Shown here: positions 28,088 through 37,775 of the stretch, piece by piece | Numbering within the stretch: position 1 is the stretch's first letter | Layout of the letters: the number at the start of each line of letters is the position of its first letter | NCBI GenBank assembly: GCA_965541585.1 | Contig: CBEUCH010000010.1 | Span: forward strand, 1-64,000 | Direction: 5' to 3' | DNA from: an uncultured bacterium | GTDB lineage: Bacteria; Zixibacteria; MSB-5A5; UBA10806 | DNA length: 64,000 nt | Position numbers and translations under genes: made by a program | Notes under the pieces: model-generated | The model's input: the letters and a program-made list of their open reading frames with translations, nothing else | Database searches by the model: none | What the model was told of the DNA's origin: nothing

Positions 28088-30748
28088 ATGCCGAAAGAGA
28101 TTCCCAAGACATATAATCCTCAAAGGGCTGAGGAAACCTGGTATCCCAGGTGGATTGAATCAGGATTATTCAAGGGCCAGGTCGATTCGGATAAGAAACC
28201 GTACTCGGTTGTCATTCCGCCTCCCAATGTCACGGATATTCTTCATCTGGGACATGCCCTGAACAATACGCTGCAGGATATCCTGATCCGCTGGCGGCGG
28301 TCTATGGGCTACGAGGCGGAGTGGATGCCCGGTATCGATCATGCCGGAATCGCCACGCAGGTGGTCGTCGAGAAGAATCTCGCCAAGCAAGGCATATCGC
28401 GTCAACAGCTGGGCCGCGACAAATTTGTAAAAAAAGTCTGGGCCTGGAAAGAAGAAAAATTCGACCGGATCATCACCCAGCTCAAGCGAATGGGATGCAG
28501 CTGCGACTGGGAGCGAACCAGATTTACAATGGACGAGGGATTGTCGCAGGCGGTGCAGGACGTTTTTATCCGCCTTTACGAAAAAGGACTGATTTATCGC
28601 AGCAACCGCCTGATCAACTGGTGCCCGAGATGCCGCACATCCTTATCGGATGACGAACTGGAGCGTGAGGATATAGATTCCCATCTCTGGTATGTCAGGT
28701 ATAAAATAAAAGGTTCGGACGAGTATTTGACGGTTGCCACTACCAGGCCGGAAACGATGCTTGGCGATACCGGGGTGGCCGTCAATCCTGGCGACAAGAG
28801 ATACAAAAAATATATGGGTAAATCCGCCATACTGCCGATTCTCGATCGCGAGCTTCCGATCATCGCCGATGATTATGTCGATGTAGAGTTCGGAACAGGT
28901 GCGGTCAAGATTACCCCGGCTCACGACGCGAACGACTTCGAAGTAGGCGGCAGGCATAAGCTGGAAACCATCAATATCCTCAACGATGACGGCACCCTTA
29001 ACGAAAACGCCGGGAAATATGCAGGTTTCGATCGCTATGAGGCTCGTAGGAAACTGGTGGAAGAGCTCAAGCAAAGGGGATATCTGGAGAAGATTGAAGA
29101 TTACAGGCTTTCGGTGGCCACCTGCTATCGCTGTGATACGGTTGTCGAGCCATATCTTTCGCTGCAGTGGTTCGTCAGGATGGAACCGCTGGCGAAGCCT
29201 GCAATCGAAGCATCGAAAAGCGGCGAACTCAAATTCCACCCGGACCACTGGTCCAAGACATATCTATACTGGCTTGAGAATATTCGAGACTGGTGCATCT
29301 CCAGGCAGCTCTGGTGGGGGCATAGGATTCCGGCATATCATTGCAAGGATTGCGGTGAGATAACCGTTGCGCGGGATAAGCCTCAATCCTGCACCAAATG
29401 TAAATCGACAAAGGTCGAGCAGGATCCCGACGTTCTGGATACCTGGTTTTCATCGTGGCTCTGGCCATTTTCCACTTTCGGCTGGCCGGAAAAGACCGCC
29501 GAACTGGAAAAGTTCTTCCCGACAAAATCGCTCTTCACCGGCTCGGAAATAATCTATCTCTGGGTCGCCCGGATGATTATGTCATCCTACGAATTCACCG
29601 GCAAGCTGCCGTTTTCGGATGTTTATATTCATGGCACGGTTCGCGATAGCAACGGCGAGAAGATGTCGAAATCGAAGGGAAACGGCATTGATCCAATCGA
29701 AATCATTGATAAATTCGGTGCCGATGCGTTGCGGATATCGCTGGTACTGGCCACGCCCGAGGGGCAGGACCCGCATATCTCAGAGAAGAATTTCGAGCTG
29801 GGCCGCAATTTCGCCAATAAGATCTGGAATGCCGCCCGGCTGGTGATAACCAATTTCGACGGGCAGGAGCCGGGAATTGAATTGGATGTCGCATCGGAAG
29901 AGTTGGATTTGCCGGATACATGGATACTCTCGCGGCTGGCCAAGACAATCGGTCAGGTAAATAATTATCTCTCCGGCTACCGATTCAACACCGCAGCTAA
30001 AGTGGCCTATGATTTCATCTGGAAAGATTTCTGCGATTGGTATCTGGAAATGATCAAGCCGCGGCTAGCCAGAGACGTTCCGGAGAAGACCAGGAATCTT
30101 GCTCGTAAGGTCTCCGGATTCGTTCTGATTCAGATATTGCGTCTGCTCCATCCGTTTATGCCGTTTGTTACAGAGGAGATATATCACCTGCTGCCCAATG
30201 CGAAGAGTGACCAGCTTCTGAACGGCCTGGGTTGGCCGGAGCCGGCTCTGAAGTTTATAGACGACAGGCTGGAGAAGGATTTCGGGCTGGTTCAAATAAT
30301 GATCAGCGCTATCAGGAATATACGATCTGAGATGGACGTTCCTCCCGGCAGGAGGGCGGACGTGCTCATAAAAACATCGGATAAGAAAGCCACGGCGATA
30401 CTGAAAGAACTGGAATCTCAGCTGCTCACGCTGGGGCGAATCAGCAATTTGACTATTGGCGATGAGATCAAAAAACCGCCTCTATCGGCATCGGCCGTTG
30501 TTCCCTGCGGCGAAATCTACATACCGCTGGAGGGCCTGATCGATCTCGAGAGCGAAAAGAGCAGGCTCGAAAAGGAGCTCGAGAAACAGAAGCAGTTTCT
30601 GGAGAAAATCAAAAAGAAACTGGCGAACCGCGATTTCATGAGCAGGGCGCCGGCGGAAGTGATAGATGGCGAAAAAGTAAAGCAGAGACAGGCCGAGGAC
30701 AGTATCGGCAGACTTAATAAGAATCTCGAATCCCTTTCCGGCTGGTAA
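28088..30748 (+). CDS. valS: Valine--tRNA ligase
   Basis: PPPNVT..HLGH (HIGH), DWCISRQLWWGH, KMSKS and a C-terminal coiled coil. Confidence 0.98.
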   Translation: MPKEIPKTYNPQRAEETWYPRWIESGLFKGQVDSDKKPYSVVIPPPNVTDILHLGHALNNTLQDILIRWRRSMGYEAEWMPGIDHAGIATQVVVEKNLAKQGISRQQLGRDKFVKKVWAWKEEKFDRIITQLKRMGCSCDWERTRFTMDEGLSQAVQDVFIRLYEKGLIYRSNRLINWCPRCRTSLSDDELEREDIDSHLWYVRYKIKGSDEYLTVATTRPETMLGDTGVAVNPGDKRYKKYMGKSAILPILDRELPIIADDYVDVEFGTGAVKITPAHDANDFEVGGRHKLETINILNDDGTLNENAGKYAGFDRYEARRKLVEELKQRGYLEKIEDYRLSVATCYRCDTVVEPYLSLQWFVRMEPLAKPAIEASKSGELKFHPDHWSKTYLYWLENIRDWCISRQLWWGHRIPAYHCKDCGEITVARDKPQSCTKCKSTKVEQDPDVLDTWFSSWLWPFSTFGWPEKTAELEKFFPTKSLFTGSEIIYLWVARMIMSSYEFTGKLPFSDVYIHGTVRDSNGEKMSKSKGNGIDPIEIIDKFGADALRISLVLATPEGQDPHISEKNFELGRNFANKIWNAARLVITNFDGQEPGIELDVASEELDLPDTWILSRLAKTIGQVNNYLSGYRFNTAAKVAYDFIWKDFCDWYLEMIKPRLARDVPEKTRNLARKVSGFVLIQILRLLHPFMPFVTEEIYHLLPNAKSDQLLNGLGWPEPALKFIDDRLEKDFGLVQIMISAIRNIRSEMDVPPGRRADVLIKTSDKKATAILKELESQLLTLGRISNLTIGDEIKKPPLSASAVVPCGEIYIPLEGLIDLESEKSRLEKELEKQKQFLEKIKKKLANRDFMSRAPAEVIDGEKVKQRQAEDSIGRLNKNLESLSGW

Positions 30749-30753
30749 ATTTA

Positions 30754-30775
30754 CCCCGGTTTAAACCGGAGCTAC
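30754..30775 (-). repeat. Single GTAG-type REP-like palindrome
   Basis: Minus strand reads GTAG-CTCCGGTTTAAACCGGGG, just after the valS stop. Confidence 0.5.
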
Positions 30776-30898
30776 TAAGCACTTATAAGTCACAAATCAC
30801 CGATAAAAAAACTTGCCCGGAATGATCATTTGAGATATGTTGGAATACAATGGCGGTTAAAGCGTATTTTAGTATGGACGTTTTGACCGGGAGGTGAA

Positions 30899-32263
30899 AT
30901 GATACGGACAATCTTAACATTGGCCCTGGTATTTTGCCGGGCCGCAGCGGGTTATTCCGACGAGGTGGCGCTGACCATCTATAATGGCAATTTCGGTCTG
31001 GTGAAACAGACCAGATCACTGGAGTTTCAGAAAGGAATTGGCGAAGTCAGATTCGATGATGTGGCCGCCAGGATTGACCCGACATCGGTTCACATCAGTC
31101 CGAAGGCGGGGGGTATTTCGATTCTCGAACAAAATTACCAGTTTGACCTGGTAAGCACTCAGAAAATAATGCAAAAGTTCCTGGGCCGGAGGATCAGCAT
31201 CGTAACGAAGGGTGGAGATCTGCATAAAGGGGAATTGCTCTCCTTCGACGGGAAATATGTTATCCTGAGAACGTTATCGGGCGAGATAACGATAACCAAC
31301 GCGGAAGAAATAGTGGATTACCGTTTCGGCTCGTTGCCGGCGGGACTGATTCTGAAGCCGACTCTGGTCTGGCTTGCGGATTCCGAAAAGAAACAAAAAT
31401 CCGATTGTGAAGTCAGCTATCTGACGGATGGTTTGAACTGGCACGCTGAGTATGTGGCGGTGGTGGACAGCGATGATAAGAACCTCGATCTATCAGGGTG
31501 GGTCTCGATCGATAATCAGAGCGGGGCCACCTATAAAGATGCTTCGTTGAAGCTGGTTGCGGGGGATGTTCATAGAGTGCAGGAAAGGCGGCCAATGCCG
31601 GTGGCCGGTGTCATGGATTTTTCCATGGCGAAGGGCGCGCCTCAGTTCGAGGAAGAGGCGTTTTTTGAATATCACCTTTACACCCTCTCCCGCCCGGCTA
31701 CCGTAGCCGACAACGAGATTAAGCAGCTATCTCTTTTTCCTGAGACCGGGACTCCTGCAAAGAAGGTTCTTACTGTTGAAAGTCAAGTCTCCAGATGGCG
31801 GTCGCAGGACAGCAAACTCAAGGTTAGAGTCAACCTGGAGTTCACCAATTCAAAAGAGCAAGGTTTGGGGATGCCTTTGCCGAAAGGTAAGCTCCGCGTC
31901 TATAAGGCCGACAGCAAGGGAGCACTGCAGTTTATCGGCGAGGATCTGATCGACCATACTCCCAAGGATGAAAAGGTGCGCGTTTTTCTGGGGGAGGCAT
32001 TCGATATTACATGTGAGAGGAAGAAAACCGAGGTCGTTGATCTCGGCGGTTACCATAGGCGAGACACATATGAGATCAATTTGAAAAACCACAAAGACGA
32101 AGATGTATTGGTAACCGTGATAGAATCCACACCGGGCTGGTATGAATGGCATATTCTAAGATCCAGCGTAGAATACAAGAAGGTTAGCGCTTATAAGGTG
32201 GAGTTTCCGGTCAGCGTGGAAGCAAACGGAGAAAATACGATGACATACACAATTGAGTATTGA
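30899..32263 (+). CDS. DUF4139/DUF4140 domain secreted protein
   Basis: Signal peptide, VALTIYN..GLVK, SYLT.GL.WHA.Y, YHLY.L, GMPLPKG and IDHTPKDE motifs; GGAGG RBS. Confidence 0.85.
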   Translation: MIRTILTLALVFCRAAAGYSDEVALTIYNGNFGLVKQTRSLEFQKGIGEVRFDDVAARIDPTSVHISPKAGGISILEQNYQFDLVSTQKIMQKFLGRRISIVTKGGDLHKGELLSFDGKYVILRTLSGEITITNAEEIVDYRFGSLPAGLILKPTLVWLADSEKKQKSDCEVSYLTDGLNWHAEYVAVVDSDDKNLDLSGWVSIDNQSGATYKDASLKLVAGDVHRVQERRPMPVAGVMDFSMAKGAPQFEEEAFFEYHLYTLSRPATVADNEIKQLSLFPETGTPAKKVLTVESQVSRWRSQDSKLKVRVNLEFTNSKEQGLGMPLPKGKLRVYKADSKGALQFIGEDLIDHTPKDEKVRVFLGEAFDITCERKKTEVVDLGGYHRRDTYEINLKNHKDEDVLVTVIESTPGWYEWHILRSSVEYKKVSAYKVEFPVSVEANGENTMTYTIEY

Positions 32264-32276
32264 TTCCGGAGGGAAT

Positions 32277-33458
32277 ATGAGGAGAAGTTGGCTTGTTTAC
32301 GGGCTATTGTTGGCGGTTGCGGTACTATTTATCGCAGGATGTGCCAATAAGTGGAAAACGTCGGTCAAAATCGCCATGGGCCAGAAGAGATGGGATAAGG
32401 CTATAAGCGATGGTCAAAAGGCGCTTGAACTGGATCCCGACGACGGTGAGGTGCATTTTCTGATGGCCAAATCCTATAAGGAAATGGGCGAATTTGAATC
32501 GATGATTCCTCATCTCGATGCGGCCGAGGGCTCATGGCCTAAAGGAGAAAAGGAGATAGGAGAACTCAGGGCCGATACCTGGGAAGAAATCTTCAATGCC
32601 AGTCTTAAGAATGCCAATAGCGAGGAATATGACCAGGCCCGGAGCGGTTTCCAGTTGGCAATCGCTATCCTTCCCACGAGATATGAGGCATATACCAACC
32701 TGGGTTTTGTCTGGCAACATCTGGAGAACAATGATTCGGCTTACTATTATTATTCGCAGGGATACGAAATCGATCCTGATAATATAAAGATTCTCGAGAA
32801 CTTCGCCAGCCTCTGTTTCAATATGGGAATGTATCCGAAAGCTGAGAGTCTCTATAAGAAGATCTTAGCTCAGGACCCGAAAAACGCCGAAGCTATGATG
32901 AGGCTGGCAATCATTGCCGGTGAAAACGGAGATTATACGACGGCGGTGGATTATTATAAGCGCGCACTTGAGTTTGAGCCGGATAATTGCCAACTGCGCA
33001 TGAGTGTCGGGAACATCTATTTTGAAAACGCTATCAGGCTGGCTGACTCTTTAGAGCTTGAATCTGAGGCAAAGAGTCTATGTCAGTTATTGGATGACGA
33101 GGCAGCGGCTTTCGCCGCGTTGGAGAAGTTATATCCATCCGCTGAAGATAGGGCTAGGGAAGCACTTACTGCCGTTAAGGATTATTGTGGCAATCTCATG
33201 CAAGCCGAGTCAATTTTCGTCCGCGTTGTGGACATTTGCCCCGATGAACCCGATCCCCATATCAATCTAAACGTCGTTTTGATGACCTTGGAGCGTTTCG
33301 ACGAAGTGATCGCGAACCTGGAGACGTTTACACTGGACTTTCCCGATGAATGTGTCGGCTGGGATCTTTACTTCCGGGCCCTATTGCGCAAGGGATATAG
33401 GAATCGGGCTCTTGAGGCCAACAACAAATACGAAGAATGTAAAGGCACAAAACAGTAG
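32277..33458 (+). CDS. Tetratricopeptide-repeat lipoprotein
   Basis: GGAGGG RBS, lipobox IAGC and multiple TPR helices (ALELDPDD, AYTNLG, ALEFEPDN). Confidence 0.85.
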   Translation: MRRSWLVYGLLLAVAVLFIAGCANKWKTSVKIAMGQKRWDKAISDGQKALELDPDDGEVHFLMAKSYKEMGEFESMIPHLDAAEGSWPKGEKEIGELRADTWEEIFNASLKNANSEEYDQARSGFQLAIAILPTRYEAYTNLGFVWQHLENNDSAYYYYSQGYEIDPDNIKILENFASLCFNMGMYPKAESLYKKILAQDPKNAEAMMRLAIIAGENGDYTTAVDYYKRALEFEPDNCQLRMSVGNIYFENAIRLADSLELESEAKSLCQLLDDEAAAFAALEKLYPSAEDRAREALTAVKDYCGNLMQAESIFVRVVDICPDEPDPHINLNVVLMTLERFDEVIANLETFTLDFPDECVGWDLYFRALLRKGYRNRALEANNKYEECKGTKQ

Positions 33459-33482
33459 ATTTATTGACCGACTGATCAAACG

Positions 33483-33531
33483 GGCAGTCCGCTGGCTTTG
33501 TGTCGGGTAGGTGGGCTGCCTTTAATCTTTT
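33483..33531 (+). terminator. Probable intrinsic terminator
   Basis: GGCAGTCCGC/GTGGGCTGCC stem (with G-U pairs), followed by TTTAATCTTTT. Confidence 0.55.
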
Positions 33532-33548
33532 AGGGCTGCGTATTCAGG

Positions 33549-35996
33549 ATGTTTGCCAGAATCGCTTTTCCCGTGCCGTATATTGACTATTTCACTTATG
33601 CGATACCGGATCGTTTGAAACAGCGTATTCGCCCCGGCATGATAGTCAATGCCCCTTTTGGCAATCAATCGGCTGCCGGAGTGGTTATAGAGATTGTCGA
33701 AGAATCTGATATTCCTTCAGCCGATATCAGGGAAATAACAGGTTTGAGAGATCCGGATCTCTCGATCCCCGCTGAGTTGCTGAGCCTGGTTTTGTATACC
33801 TCCGGATATTATGGCACTACTCCCGGGATGGTTTTAAAATCGGCTCTTCCTCCCGGAGCATTGCAGAGGAGAAAGGTATTCTTCTATCCCGGTCTCGATC
33901 GGGGATCGGAAGTAAATGAAGAAGCGCTTTTGAAATTGATAAAAAAGATCTCGGACAAGCCGGGCAAGTGGTCTTTCGGCGATCTGAGACAGTTCGATGG
34001 TGTTACCCGCAGAGCCGTCGATTCATTGATAAGTAAGGGTATCATATCGGTATCTCCCTTTAGAACCATGAGAGAAGAAAGACCCATAGGGAAGGAAAGA
34101 TGGCTGAAGGCTGCGATCAACTCGATTCCTGAAAAGACCGGGCTGGGGCCGAAAAGCCGAAAGCTTTTTGAATTATTGATTGAATCGAAAAATGGAATTA
34201 AGATGTCGATGTTAAAGGACATCGGCATCTCGTCATCGTCAGCCGCAGCGCTGCACCGTCGTGGCCTGATCGAATACGAATATAAAGATAGAGAAATAGC
34301 GGATATAGGCGGTCTGAAATCACTGGTTAAAGAGGAAGTTTTTGAGCTCACCCTGTGGCAAAGATCGGCCCTGGAGAAGATCGAAGCCGCCGTCAGGGCA
34401 GGATCTCATACGGGATTCTTGCTTTACGGGGTGACTTCATCCGGCAAGACGCAGGTTTATCTGGAGGCGGCGAAATTCGCAATAGAAAACGGGAAATCGG
34501 TGCTGGTGCTTGTCCCCGAAATAACCCTGACTCCCCAGATTATCGCCAGATTCGAGAGATTCTTGAAGATCGCTCCCCTCGTCTGGCATTCACATTTGAG
34601 CCCGGCGGATAGAGTCGCGATGTTTAAAGCCGCTCGCTCGGGCAGAGGCCGGCTGATCGTTGGTGCCAGGTCGGCTATTTTCAGTCCTCTGGAGAATCTG
34701 GGACTGATAATCGTGGATGAGGAGCAGGATCATTCTTATAAGCAGGACGATCCCGCACCGAGATATAATGCCAGAGATCTGGCTTTAAAAAGAGGGCAGA
34801 TCACGGGAGCTGCAGTGGTTCTTGGATCTGCTACGCCATCGGTAGAATCCTATCATGCCGCTGTTTGCGGCCGATTGGATCTTCTAACGTTGCCGCAACG
34901 AGTGGCGGGAAGCGGCGATCCCCGAATAAAGATAATATCGACGGTCGCATCGACGGAACCTGCGCGGGATTCCCGACCGATTTTCCCCGAGGGATTCTGG
35001 CCTGTCTCCGAGGCTCTGCATACGGAGCTATCCATCAGGATGAAAAGAAACGAGCAGATCATCATATTGCTGAACAGGCGCGGGTATTCATCGTCGGTAG
35101 TCTGTTTCGAATGCGGCTGGCTCGGGAAGTGCCCCGATTGCGATATCGGCTGGACCTATTATAAGAATAGAAATAAGGTGATCTGCCATTACTGCGGGAT
35201 GGAGAAAAAGGGCCCGACTGTCTGCCCCACCTGTGGCTCGGCAAGATTGAGTTTTCGGGGTGCCGGCACGGAGCGACTGGAGGAAACCCTGCGGCATCTC
35301 TTCCCCGAGGCGCCAATTAAGAGGCTTGATTCCGATGCGGCGTCGAGAAAATGGGAATCGCGTAATATCCTCGAGGAGTTCGGGCGCGGAGGATTTAGAA
35401 TCCTGATAGGAACCCAGATGGTCGCCAAAGGTCATCATTTCCCGGCAGTGGGTTTCGTAGCCATAATAGGAGCAGATATAGGGCTGTCGCTTCCTGATTT
35501 TCGCGCCGCAGAGAGGGTTCTCCAGCTTTTGATTCAGGCTTCGGGAAGGGCCGGAAGATCGAGCAGAAAATCAGCCCCCGGTACTGTGATGGTGCAGACC
35601 TTCACGCCCGGGGCGAATGTTTTCGATTTTTTGAAGGCGCATGACTATACGGGCTTTCTGGAGTGCGAGAAGGAGATCCGGAAAACAATGGGATACCCTC
35701 CCTATAGAAGACTGATACAGGTCATTGTTTCATCGGATAATTCATCGAAGGCATCCCGGGCAGCAAAAAGCTTGAAGGAGGATATAAACGATATTTCTGT
35801 CGATAAGCATATAGAGGTTCTGGGCCCGGCACGATCTCCTATTTTCAAAAGGGGGAAACATTACCGGTACCAACTTCTGTTAAAGATTCCACTGGAGGAA
35901 GAATCGGAGGACCTTCTGCGAGTTCTTAACGGGACTGCCAGGAGGGCACGCGGTTTCTCGGTCAGGATCGACGTCGATCCGGTGACCTTCATATAG
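33549..35996 (+). CDS. priA: Primosomal protein N'
   Basis: GVTSSGKTQVY, DEEQD..YKQ..PRY, GSATPS, LNRRGY, Cys-rich zinc motifs and GTQMVAKG. Confidence 0.97.
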   Translation: MFARIAFPVPYIDYFTYAIPDRLKQRIRPGMIVNAPFGNQSAAGVVIEIVEESDIPSADIREITGLRDPDLSIPAELLSLVLYTSGYYGTTPGMVLKSALPPGALQRRKVFFYPGLDRGSEVNEEALLKLIKKISDKPGKWSFGDLRQFDGVTRRAVDSLISKGIISVSPFRTMREERPIGKERWLKAAINSIPEKTGLGPKSRKLFELLIESKNGIKMSMLKDIGISSSSAAALHRRGLIEYEYKDREIADIGGLKSLVKEEVFELTLWQRSALEKIEAAVRAGSHTGFLLYGVTSSGKTQVYLEAAKFAIENGKSVLVLVPEITLTPQIIARFERFLKIAPLVWHSHLSPADRVAMFKAARSGRGRLIVGARSAIFSPLENLGLIIVDEEQDHSYKQDDPAPRYNARDLALKRGQITGAAVVLGSATPSVESYHAAVCGRLDLLTLPQRVAGSGDPRIKIISTVASTEPARDSRPIFPEGFWPVSEALHTELSIRMKRNEQIIILLNRRGYSSSVVCFECGWLGKCPDCDIGWTYYKNRNKVICHYCGMEKKGPTVCPTCGSARLSFRGAGTERLEETLRHLFPEAPIKRLDSDAASRKWESRNILEEFGRGGFRILIGTQMVAKGHHFPAVGFVAIIGADIGLSLPDFRAAERVLQLLIQASGRAGRSSRKSAPGTVMVQTFTPGANVFDFLKAHDYTGFLECEKEIRKTMGYPPYRRLIQVIVSSDNSSKASRAAKSLKEDINDISVDKHIEVLGPARSPIFKRGKHYRYQLLLKIPLEEESEDLLRVLNGTARRARGFSVRIDVDPVTFI

Positions 35997-36000
35997 AAAC

Positions 36001-36029
36001 TTGACCTGCCGGTTGCTTTAGGCTAACTT
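36001..36029 (+). promoter_or_regulatory. Sigma-70-type promoter (TTGACC-17-TAACTT)
   Basis: Direct motif reading upstream of the HD-domain gene. Confidence 0.5.
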
Positions 36030-36060
36030 CGGCTCTCTGTTTTGACGACTACTGACAACA

Positions 36061-36732
36061 ATGGAGCAGCAGATGATAACCATCGATGACGTTAAAGAAA
36101 ACGAAACCGTTGTGAAGCTGATCGCGAAGGCCGATGAGGTGCTGGGAGTCATGGGCTATACCGAACATGGCCAGAGGCACTCATCCCTGGCGGCGAATAT
36201 CGCTTATAACATCATGATGCGTCTCGGCAAGGGTGAAAAGCGCGCCCAGCTCGCTGCCATCGCAGGCTACATGCATGATATCGGAAATCTGATCAATCGC
36301 GATTTTCATGCCCAGACGGCCTCCGTCATGGCATTTCACATTCTCAGCGAGATGGGAATGGATACCGCTGATATCGCCGAGGTTGTCGCCGCTATCGGCA
36401 ACCACGACGAGCGCGACGGCTATCCCATATCGGATGTTTCGGCGGCCGTGATTCTGGCCGATAAGTCTGACGTCCATAGATCGAGAGTCCGCAATACGGA
36501 GATGCTCAAAGTCGATATCCACGACAGGGTCAATTACGCCGCCGAAGAATCCTTTTTGCGCATCGACGATGAGAAGAAAATCGCATCCCTTGAGATCAGG
36601 ATCGATACCTCCATCTCCCAGGTTATGGAGTATTTCGAAATATTTCTTTCCAGGATGCTGGTCTGCAAACGTGCCGCCGAGTTTCTGGGTTTGAAATTCG
36701 CTCTTGTTATTAACGATAATAAACTGCTATAA
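36061..36732 (+). CDS. HD-domain phosphohydrolase
   Basis: YTEHG..H, MHDIGN, GNHDE, LADKSDVHRSRVR and DIHDRVNYA. Confidence 0.9.
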   Translation: MEQQMITIDDVKENETVVKLIAKADEVLGVMGYTEHGQRHSSLAANIAYNIMMRLGKGEKRAQLAAIAGYMHDIGNLINRDFHAQTASVMAFHILSEMGMDTADIAEVVAAIGNHDERDGYPISDVSAAVILADKSDVHRSRVRNTEMLKVDIHDRVNYAAEESFLRIDDEKKIASLEIRIDTSISQVMEYFEIFLSRMLVCKRAAEFLGLKFALVINDNKLL

Positions 36733-36740
36733 TTTCGGTA

Positions 36741-37775
36741 ATGAAGAAAGCCGACAGATATGCAAAGGCCGGCGTCGATATTGATTCCGCCGAGAGGGCT
36801 AAATCGCGTCTTGCCGAACTGGTGCGGGGAACATTTTCAGGAAACGTCGCAGGTGATTTCGGTGATTTCGGAGCGGCTTTTTCGCTTAAAGGGATAGGCG
36901 CGGACAATTATCTGGTGTCATCGGCTGATGGAGTCGGCACCAAACTCAAGGTGGCCGTTATGGCCTCGCGGCATGATACAGTCGGCCACGATCTCGTAAA
37001 CCACCTCGTCAACGATATCCTCTGCCTGGGCGCCAGGCCGTTATTCTTCATGGACTATATAGGTCTGGGGAAGATGGATGAGGATATTGTCTACGCTCTG
37101 GTAAAAGGCTTTTCCAACGGTTGTAAGGAAAACGGCTGTGCTCTTCTGGGTGGAGAGACCGCCGAGATGCCGGGCCTTTATTCGGAAGATGAGTACGACC
37201 TCGCAGGGTTCGTTGTTGGGGTAACGAGAGAATCGATGCTGGTTGATAAAAACATTATCAAGCCGGGCGATATCCTGGTCGGTTTTTCCTCCAGCGGGCT
37301 CCATACCAACGGATATTCTCTGGCGCGGAAGGCATTCTTTGAGATTGGCAAAATGACTCTGGACGATGCCATACCCGGAACCGATACCAGGCTCGGGGAT
37401 GAGTTGTTAACTATCCATCGTTCTTACCTTTCGACCATTTTTCCTCTCATGAAAAAGAAACTGATCAAAGCCGTGGCGCATATAACAGGAGGGGGATTCG
37501 AAGGCAACATCTCGCGGATTCTTCCATCGAACGTGGATGCAGTTGTCGACACGACGTATTGGAAGCCGCCCGGTGTATTCAAGGCTATAGAGAAGCTTGC
37601 AGGCGTGGAGCGAGAAGAGATGTATCGTGTATTTAATATGGGCATAGGATTAGTTGCTATCTTAGAGGAGAAGAACAGACCGGCGTTAAGAAGGATGTTG
37701 AAAGCTCCGGATTGTGAAGTCGTACCCGCAGGATTCATCACCGAGGGTACAGGCAAAGTAAAATTGAAGCTATGA
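36741..37775 (+). CDS. purM: Phosphoribosylformylglycinamidine cyclo-ligase
   Basis: YAKAGVDI, DGVGTK, GGETAEMPG, SSGLHTNGYSL, HITGGG and FNMGIG. Confidence 0.98.
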   Translation: MKKADRYAKAGVDIDSAERAKSRLAELVRGTFSGNVAGDFGDFGAAFSLKGIGADNYLVSSADGVGTKLKVAVMASRHDTVGHDLVNHLVNDILCLGARPLFFMDYIGLGKMDEDIVYALVKGFSNGCKENGCALLGGETAEMPGLYSEDEYDLAGFVVGVTRESMLVDKNIIKPGDILVGFSSSGLHTNGYSLARKAFFEIGKMTLDDAIPGTDTRLGDELLTIHRSYLSTIFPLMKKKLIKAVAHITGGGFEGNISRILPSNVDAVVDTTYWKPPGVFKAIEKLAGVEREEMYRVFNMGIGLVAILEEKNRPALRRMLKAPDCEVVPAGFITEGTGKVKLKL

